DNA of 64,000 nucleotides from Adineta vaga (lineage: Eukaryota > Animalia > Rotifera). This document shows, one piece after another, positions 55,205 to 64,000 of the stretch. The position numbers were made by a program, and so were the translations under genes. The notes under the pieces are model-generated. The model worked only from the letters and a program-made list of their open reading frames with translations, had not been told where the DNA came from and did not search any database. The stretch's first letter is position 1. Each line of letters starts with the position of its first letter. Location: NCBI GenBank assembly GCA_021613535.1, contig CP075496.1:2914001-2978000 (forward strand), in the 5' to 3' direction.

Positions 55205-56306
55205 ATGTTATTCAACTGTTTTAAGTCAGTTTTTTTCATCATGCAAGTGAGCGTATATGATCATGTAAAATCAACAAATCAGACGATGGGTAGATTATAT
55301 TTGAATACTTTTGAAATTCATTTGATTTTTATATTTCTACAGATTATCACGTAGTAACAACGAAAGAAAATCTTGAACTAACAATTTCTAATCGTTCATC
55401 GCATACAAATTGTTCTTCGCATTTTCTTACATTAGTTGATTTGATTTCTTCTTATCATTCTTCTTCATCAATCAAGAACATAAGTATTCTACCAGAAAAT
55501 ATAACCAGTTTAAGACTGATTCATTTATGTATTTTGATTAATATAAAAAGTATTGAAAACTTCCGAAATATTCGTCGTTTATATTTTGAAAATTGTACAA
55601 TACATTTTCTGGCTAGTCAACAACATGATGATTATGATTATTATCCCAAAAATCTCTCTCATTGGTCATTTAATCAAGGACAAACGGAAACATTCAATGA
55701 ATTTATATCTATAGTTAATCATCTAGGTTAAGTCTGAGATTCACATTTTGCGAAGAGAACGAACTAAAACTTTAAATTATTTCTTTAGATCCATTTAAAT
55801 TTGATTTACATTTATCCAATTGTTTGCAACCAATTTCATCTTTTAATGATTTTATTCCATTGGCAGTTCCATTTATTTTTCTAAATATAACTTGTAAATA
55901 TTTTCAAATTGATGAACCATTTCAAAGTAAAACTCGTTCTGCGATTTTTCTTACACCAACATTAATAATTAATACTCAATTCAAACTTTGTCCATCGATA
56001 AGTAAATATCTTTGGTTAATTTTCAAACGTACTCAAACAAAAATCTATTCATTACGTACATTAACATGTGAAAATCGTTTGATTCAACTTAATTTTGATT
56101 ATAATCAAACAAGATTATTAACTACAACAACTATTAATCTATTAAATCACACAGAAATATTCTTGACAACAAGAACTTCAAATCGATGGACAATACCAAT
56201 TCTTATGAATTTTACTGTTATTCTTCTAACTAGTCTAATGTTGTTCGTATCATTGACGATTTTTCTTATTCGATTTTGTAACGAAATAAAACAACCAACC
56301 ATTTAA
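55205..56306 (+). CDS. Uncharacterised single-pass membrane protein, 3 exons
   Basis: Three exons join in frame via GT-AG introns. Several N-x-S/T sequons, LRR-like NITSLRL/NIRRLYF segments and a C-terminal TM helix. Start uncertain. Confidence 0.55.
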
Positions 56307-56462
56307 TATTCATCTTTAATCATGTTTTACTTTTTTTCATTAATTTTTTATAGAAAAAAGAAGAAAAAAATTCTTTTATTTTTTTTGTTTGTTTTTGTTT
56401 AATTAAAAAATATTCTATTAACGACCTCTCTTCTCTTTTCTCATTAAACCGACGAAGCAATA

Positions 56463-56481
56463 CCCGGCGATCCTTGATTGG
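56463..56481 (-). promoter_or_regulatory. ERSE-like element (CCAAT-N9-CCGGG) upstream of GRP94
   Basis: Reverse complement reads CCAAT caaggatcg CCGGG against consensus CCAAT-N9-CCACG, about 110 bp before the ATG. Confidence 0.45.
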
Positions 56482-56588
56482 TTAACGAAATCAGTCAGTC
56501 CCATTCGAACAGAACATCAACTCGAATATATTCAAAACGACACTTTTAACCGCGATCATTTCATCGAACATTTACATATCGATTGTAC

Positions 56589-59372
56589 ATGTTTAAGTGG
56601 ATTTTATTCTCCGCTTTATTAAGCGTTCTTCTCTTTTCAAGTAAGACAAAGATCTTACACCGTAATTATCATTCTTATTCTTTTCGTACCTAGATATTTG
56701 CAAAGCTGCTGCTGATGATGATGATGACACTCTGTCGTCATCAAAACTTCCACCGAAAGTTGATAATGATATAGGCAAACATAGTGATGGATCCAAAACT
56801 GATGATGAAGTTGTACAAAAGTAAGTTTATTCACTCGAATGAAATCGATTATATTTGATTTCTTATCTTTTCTAGAGAAGAAGAAGCAATTAAATTAGAT
56901 GGTTTGAGTGCAAAAGAATTTCGTACATTAGTTGATGCATCTGAAAAACATCAATTTCAAACTGAAGTTAATCGTATGATGAAATTAATTATTAATTCAT
57001 TATATAAAAATAAAGAAATCTTCTTACGTGAATTGATATCAAACGCATCGGATGCCTTAGATAAAATACGTTTTCTTTCTCTTACGGATAAGAGTGTACT
57101 TGGAGACAAAGAAGATTTAACCATACGCATTAAAATTGATAAAGAAAATCGAATGCTACATATAACAGATACTGGTATTGGTATGACTAAAGCTGATCTG
57201 GTTCAATTTCTTGGTACAATCGCAAAATCAGATACATCGGAATTTTTAAATAAAGTTCAAGACGCACAAAAAGATGCCAAAGAGGGAGTATCAATGAGTG
57301 ATTTAATTGGACAATTTGGTGTTGGATTTTATTCAAGTTTTCTTGTTGCTGACAAAGTTGTTGTTACATCGAAAAATAATGCTGATGATCAACATATTTG
57401 GGAATCGGATTCGACATCATTTAATGTTTTTAAAGATCCTCGAGGAAATACACTTGGCCGAGGAACAACAGTCAGGTAAATCCATTTAACGAAAACTTAT
57501 TTTCATATGATTATTATTCAATACTTTACCTTTTTCTTTTATAGTTTACATTTGAAAGAAGAAGCTGGAGAATATTTAGAAATTCATACATTAGAAGAAA
57601 TCATTCGTAAATATTCTCAGTTTATTAATTTTAATATCTATTTATGGAAATCAAAAACTGTAAAAGAAGAAGTACCAGATGATGATGGTAAATTCGATTA
57701 GACTCTTTTATTATATTTTTTATTTGATATTTTCCTTTAGCTACAACTGATGATAAAAAAGCAGATGAAACTGATAAAAAATCGGATGATGATGCAGCTG
57801 TTGAAGATGATAAAGAAGACGAAAAGAAATCGAAAACAAAAACAATCGATAAAACTGTTTGGGATTGGGAATTAATGAATGAAAGTAAACCAATTTGGCA
57901 ACGAAAGTAAGTTCAAATTCATATCAATAAAAAATAAAACTTTTTTGTCTTTCTCTTCTAGACCATCTGAAGTTACTGAAGAAGAATACACTGCTTTCTA
58001 TAAATCATTTGCAAAAGAAACTGATTCACCCATGATCCACAGTCATTTTACTGCTGAAGGTGAAGTAACATTTAAATCAATTCTTTATGTACCAAAAGCT
58101 GCTCCATTTGATTTATTCTCAAATTACAATAAGAAAACCGATGCAATTAAACTTTATGTTCGTCGTGTATTTATTACTGATAATTTTGAAGAAATGATGC
58201 CGAAATATTTATCATTTATTCGTGGTGTTGTTGATAGTGATGATTTACCATTGAATGTTTCACGTGAAACATTACAACAATCAAAATTATTGAAAGTTAT
58301 CAAAAAGAAACTTGTACGCAAAGCATTAGATATGTTGAAAAAGATTTCTGCTGAAGATTATGTTTCATTTTGGAAAGAATATGGTACAAATATTAAATTA
58401 GGTGTTATTGAAGATTCAGCTAATCGTACACGTCTAGCTAAATTACTTCGTTATACTTCATCCTTATCAAAAGATAAACAAATTAGTTTAACGGAATATA
58501 TTGAACGAATGAAACCTAAACAAGAACATATCTATTTTATTGCTGCTATGTCAAATGAAGAAGCAGAAAAATCACCATTTGTTGAACGTATTCTTAAGAA
58601 AGGTTATGAAGTTCTTTATTTAACTGATCCCGTTGATCAATATTGTATGCAATCTTTACCTGAATATGAAGGAAAGAAATTTCAAAATGTTGCTAAAGAT
58701 GGTTTAGAATTAGATAAATCTAATACAAAGAAAGAAGAAGAAAAAAAACAATTAGAAAAAACTTATGAACCATTATTAACATGGTTAAAAGAGAAATTAA
58801 CTGATAAAATCAGTGATGCCAAAATATCCGATCGACTTGTTCAAACTCCAATGGCACTTGTTGCATCACAATGGGGTTATGATGGAAATATGGAACGTAT
58901 TGCTCGTGCTCAAGCTTATCAAAAAAGTGGTGGAGATTCGACAATGAATTATTATTTAAATCAAAAGAAAACATTAGAAATTAATCCACGTCATCCATTG
59001 ATTAAAGATTTACTTCGTCGAATTGAAGATTCTAAAGATGATAAGACAGCTATTGATTTAGCTAATGTTATGGTTGAAGCTGCAACACTTCGATCAGGTT
59101 ATGATCTTAAAGATTCATCTGGTTTTGCTGATCGTATTGAATCAATGTTACGACGAGCAATGGGTGTTTCATTAGATGAAAAAGTTGAAGACGAACCACT
59201 TGATGAAGATATTGAAGTTCCAAAAGATGAAAATACCATTGATGATGATGATGATGATAGTACAAAAGCAAAACAAACTACAAAGGTATGATAATTAGAT
59301 TTTACAATTATTTACTTTATTAAAACATTTTCTTTTCGATAGGATACAAACAACGAACATGATGATCTTTAA
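56589..59372 (+). CDS. HSP90B1: Endoplasmin (GRP94), ER HSP90
   Basis: Signal peptide, [74 protein letters not shown]; ends HDDL. Confidence 0.97.
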
Positions 59373-60187
59373 AGAAAAAAGACTATTTCGAAAGAAAACA
59401 ATCAAAATGTTTAACATATCGTCAAATATTCTTCATAGAACATTCCTTCCGCTTCAATTAAACTTTTTTTTATGTGTCGTAGCCCAATGAAAAATTCTTG
59501 GCTTCTGTACACATGTGCATTTTCTTATTAGTTTCTTCGGTCTTTTTCGATTCTCATCATATGTTCGTCTCTTTTTTTTGTTTATTTACTTTTAAAATTG
59601 ACTTCAAGTGTTAGAAACTTTCATTTTTTTGTTACTTCCATTCTATTAGTTTTACATCTGTTGACCTTTTTTTTGTCTAACACACATAAATAAAACTATT
59701 ATCTAGGTCTTTAACACATAATCTATTGACATTAAATTGTTGTACCAATTGATTAAATACCAACATTATAGATGATGTAGACATAGAGTAGAACTGTGTG
59801 ATAACTTATGTTTGAATTCATTAACAAAAATTAGCATTCATTTATATGTATTCATACATACAAAAAATAATTCACATGATTTCGATTACATATTAAACGT
59901 ATGAATTTATGATCGAATTCGCAACATCGATGATTGAGATGTATATAAAATCAATATAAAACGATTATTCTAATATACACATCCTATTAAACATGGTATT
60001 CTAGCAGAAGTTGTATTTGAGTTACAGAGATTTTTCTCAAACAATCTCGCTAGTTAAAATTACGTATTAGAACACATTCTTTAGGATCTCTTTTTTTTCA
60101 TATTTTGTTATTCTTTTATAAATAGAAACTTCATTGAGAGGTATGCTATAACAATCGAACATATCCTATTTTTTTAGAGATGAACTA

Positions 60188-60199
60188 TAGCGCCATCTA
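60188..60199 (-). promoter_or_regulatory. CTCF-like motif TAGATGGCGCTA upstream of akirin
   Basis: tagcgccatcta about 260 bp before the ATG; related copies lie upstream of other genes. Confidence 0.45.
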
Positions 60200-60460
60200 T
60201 TCGTATCGATTCACTACTGGTTAATAATATCAACCGATAACGTTCAAAACCGGGACCCCTTTCATAACGTTTTTTTTTGTTGTTCAGTTTATTTCTCTTC
60301 CTTCGAGATTTCTCTTCCTTACACACAACAAAAAACATACTGCGTTTCTCTCAATTCATATAATATACGTCTCACAGCAAAACAAGATTTTATATCCATA
60401 TTTCTTTTTCATTGCGAATTCATTTCCAATCAATTCGATAAAAGTATAAATATCATTTCT

Positions 60461-61228
60461 ATGGCTTCATGTATGACATTAAAACGTTCATTTGAACATG
60501 ATCGAGATTCGAATACAACTTCGCCTTCATACGATTCAAGGACATCATCACCATCATCATCATCATCGAAACGTCAACGTCGTTGTTTCCCAATGACAGT
60601 TGTTTCATCACCCAACGAAACAACAGCAGCAACAACAACAACAACAACAACAGATCTATCGTTCGGAAATCAATCAGTGTTTCCAGATGTTCAACCAGTG
60701 CTAACAGCTGGTGAGAGAGAAAGTTTTTGTTGTATTATTTTAAAATTCTTCTTCCTTTTTTTCAAATAGATGTTTTATTAATTCGTATAAAAGAAGAAGT
60801 TCGTCGTCTTCAACGTCGTCATCTATTAAAATCTTCATCATCAGATTTAGCTGAAGAGGATAGCAATACAAATCAATCCACTGATTCAACATCATTAGTC
60901 AATTTACCTGGACATAATTCTCCACAACTTCTAACACTTAAACAAGTCAATATGATCTGTGCTCGATTATTAAAAGAACGTGAAGAAAAAATACGTGAAG
61001 AATATGATGAAATTTTATCAAATAAACTCAATGGTAAAAAAAGCGTATATTCATTTTCCGATATCTTAATACATTTCTTGTGTTTATAGAACAATATGAA
61101 GGTTTCGTTCGATTTACTCAAGATCAATTAACACGACGATTCTCTGAATTGCAATTTTCATGTAAAGATCTTTCAAAATGCTTTACTTTTGTCCCTAAAA
61201 TTTGTCTGTTTTTTTAGATGTTTCATAA
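60461..61228 (+). CDS. AKIRIN2: Akirin, 4 exons
   Basis: MASCMTLKRSFE, KRQRRC, LTLKQVNMICARLLKEREEKIREEYD, EQYEGFVRFTQDQL; C-terminal SYVS assembled across the last intron. Confidence 0.95.
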
Positions 61229-63766
61229 ATATTCCAATGGCATTATTGATAAAGAAGATTTCTCCTTCTTTGGTGCTGATCGATTCATTTTTTCTTCTCT
61301 TTTTTTTGTGAAATCATATCGTTGATGTATTATTCTCTTCTGTTTTGTTCTTGTTTCATCATCTTCATGTCTCTTTACATATATCTTCTATGTTTTTTGC
61401 TTCTTCTTCATCATGGTGCGACTTCTAATGAGCAGATAAGAAGAGAAAGATTTTTGGAATAGTAACATACATACTAATGCAGTCTACAAAATGAAAAACC
61501 AAAAAAATGAAGATATACATGCATATTTGAAACTTATCTTTGTATTTTATCAGCTCTTTATGTTTATTAGTTTCAATGTTTGCCTTTTTTTCCCTTTTTT
61601 TTCTGTATAAATATGTGGCATTCGAGATAGAACTTGTCTTTTTTTTCTCTTTCTTCCTCTCTCTCTTATTATCCTTAAATAAAGTTATTGAGAAAACTAA
61701 ATAAAGAAACATAAAATCATTTTTGAATTATCCTAGTCTAGATATATCAGCAGTTTTTAGATAAAATCGATCGACGATGATAAGGTTAGTGCAATGTTTG
61801 TTCGATGTTGTTATTCTGTTTTGAAAATCTTATCTGGATTATTGCACAGCATTGTTGTATAGACGTGTATGTCTGTATGTTAGAAACTATTCAATCGAAA
61901 TGAATTATTTCTACACTGTTACTACTCAATATAAATCGAAAATGAAAAGATGTAATAAATGGACGTGAATATGTAGAATAAAGAAGAAAAAAAGAGGAAT
62001 AACAACGAGCTGATGTGCGACATCAGTATTGTAAAAAAATGAAGGTTTAAATGTTAGGAAGCGCAGTGATAAGGGACAACGGAATGTGCTAAACTAGTGA
62101 GAGAGAAAAGAAAAAGAAGAAAAAAAAAGCCCTTACCACAAGTATGCGTACATATTCTTCTCATTTCTTTCTATTGTCCAAACGAGCAATGAAGGTCGAA
62201 CATCGGTCACGAAGCTGCGGCATGATTCTATAACTTATTTTTTTCTTCGCAAAACAAATCTAGTTTTTCTCGAGTTACTTCAATTTCCAGTAAGATTAAC
62301 AAGTAAGTTTGACATTTTTTGTTTTGAAAAGATGTGTGATATGTAGATAAGAAAATAAAATCATTCACGACGAAAGATGGGACAGCAGATGATGTGATAA
62401 TTAAAAAAAAGAAAATGAAGATAAACAGGAAATTATATCAGAATTTAATCGATAGAATAACTTTCAAGTACAACTATGATTGTTATTTTATCGATTCCAT
62501 TAGTTGTCACGCAATTACATTTTATTTTACGGCGACATTTTATTTTAAATATCTGTAATAGACATGTAAAATAACAAGTTAACGTCACGGTTAGAACGTA
62601 AATATTATTTTCTATAGGAGATCTATCAAGATAAGAATCTCTACATATGCGAAAAGAAAATGATGACATCTCTATATTATTATTATTATTACTATTATAT
62701 CTGTAAACATTTCTGTCTTCCATGAAAATGATAGAATAGAAAATCGATTTTCTCGACTTTGTCAATAATGTTGAAAAATATCTATTTCTAGTGATATGAT
62801 TCATATTCTTTTCGAATATATTATTGTATTCGAGTAAAATACTAATGATGTTTTTATAAGAGGTCTCTTGTTTCTCTCTGCGTTCCTTTCTATGACTGTA
62901 GTTGGATGCTGTTCTCAGAGAATGATATCTATTGTTCGGGAAGAGAATACTGATATGATTATTAACCAATATTGATAGTCTATATAACAGACAACTGTTT
63001 ATTTGAGTTTCTTTTGATCGGTAGAAATTACTATCGTTATTTTCTATTTGCAACTGTTTATTTTTTATCGTTCTTCAGTGGAAGCAATAGTCATTCAGTC
63101 AATCGGTTCTCTCTATTCCGTTCTCTCTCTCTCACTCATACTCATGTTTTTTCTTTCCAATTTTCTATGTACGAAGAAACATGTATGCCCTCGGATAATT
63201 TGTTTCTTACTCAATTGAGTGTCGTTACTATTCAGACATTCATCTCATCTCGTCAATATGCATATGTTCTTTTCTTCGTCAGAAAGAACATCTCTTACGT
63301 AGAAAATGTTGCTAGAGAAGAAAAAAAGCAAAGCTGAGAAAGAAAGAAAAATACTGAGAATAACAGAAGAACGATAAATCTTCGTGTTTCTCCAAGGTAA
63401 TATCCATAACTGTCGTTGTCCTTCGTTTCTTCTCGAATCTCTATCGGAACGACGAAAAAAAAACGCTTACAAACAGACATATATGGTCTTGATTATTTTC
63501 AATTTTGTGTAAACAGATTGGAAGAAATAATCGCAGCGGATATTCTCTAATGAACAAGTACTATGTCAAAAAACAATAATAATACGAATGGTGATATCTG
63601 ATCAAGTTAGACGATTAGAATTGTTCTTTTTCTTCTTTTTCTTCTTCTTCGCCTTCGTTTTGTATTTTGCTTTTCCTTCTTCCAACCCGGTATTTTTCTT
63701 CTCTCGATCTCATCATGTCCATCAGTAAACAGATGGAAATCATTATGTATTAATTGAAAATCAATA

Positions 63767-63890
63767 ATGATTATCGAACCGCGTCGACGAAAGAGTTCTT
63801 CGGTGACATTTTCTGTGCCTGATGATCATCATCATCAACAATATTATGCACAACGAACATCCAGTTTTGCAGAATCAGATTGGGATTATG
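63767..63890 (+). CDS. Probable first coding exon of a gene running out of the window
   Basis: MIIEPRRRKSSSVTFSVPDDHHHQQYYAQRTSSFAESDWDY followed by a gttagt donor. Confidence 0.5.
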
Positions 63891-64000
63891 GTTAGTAGAA
63901 TGCGTATATGTGTTTTGCATGCCTGGATTATTTTATGTTAGAAATGATGATTTATATCAATGCTCTGTTTCTTAAAGTAATAGTTTTAACGATAGTTAAT

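Noticed and set aside
62445-63337. 202-aa minus-strand and 121-aa plus-strand ORFs
   Set aside because: Composition is typical of AT-rich UTR or intergenic DNA, with no domain or splice support.

Overview
AT-rich, gene-dense animal genomic DNA with very short (about 45-70 nt) GT-AG introns. The intron style, metazoan gene set and an intron-containing bacterial-type gene suggest a bdelloid rotifer (inference). It holds about 22 protein-coding genes, in order: partial atypical Kv channel, nucleolin-like protein, an orphan, BAP18, PSMD7, SMPD2, ABCB9-like, SLC4 bicarbonate transporter, MRPL21, WDR45B, FAM114, a Ly6/uPAR GPI protein, an orphan, YPEL, FPGS, polyhomeotic, a YhfW-like FAD/Rieske oxidoreductase, ORC1, an orphan membrane protein, GRP94, akirin and the first exon of one more gene. 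A hairpin-rich, transposon-like patch lies at about 14.4-15.5 kb. Most notable: (1) a candidate trans-spliced operon PSMD7-SMPD2-ABCB9, with only 49 bp between the SMPD2 stop and the ABCB9 ATG; (2) a 25-nt poison microexon in ABCB9 followed by tandem TGCATG motifs; (3) a probable horizontally acquired Rieske/FAD gene with 7 introns; (4) a Kv channel with an AVGYG filter and no PxP hinge; (5) a nucleolin-like protein with reversed domain order; (6) a CTCF-like motif recurring upstream of several genes. All exon boundaries were read by eye and no database searches were run.
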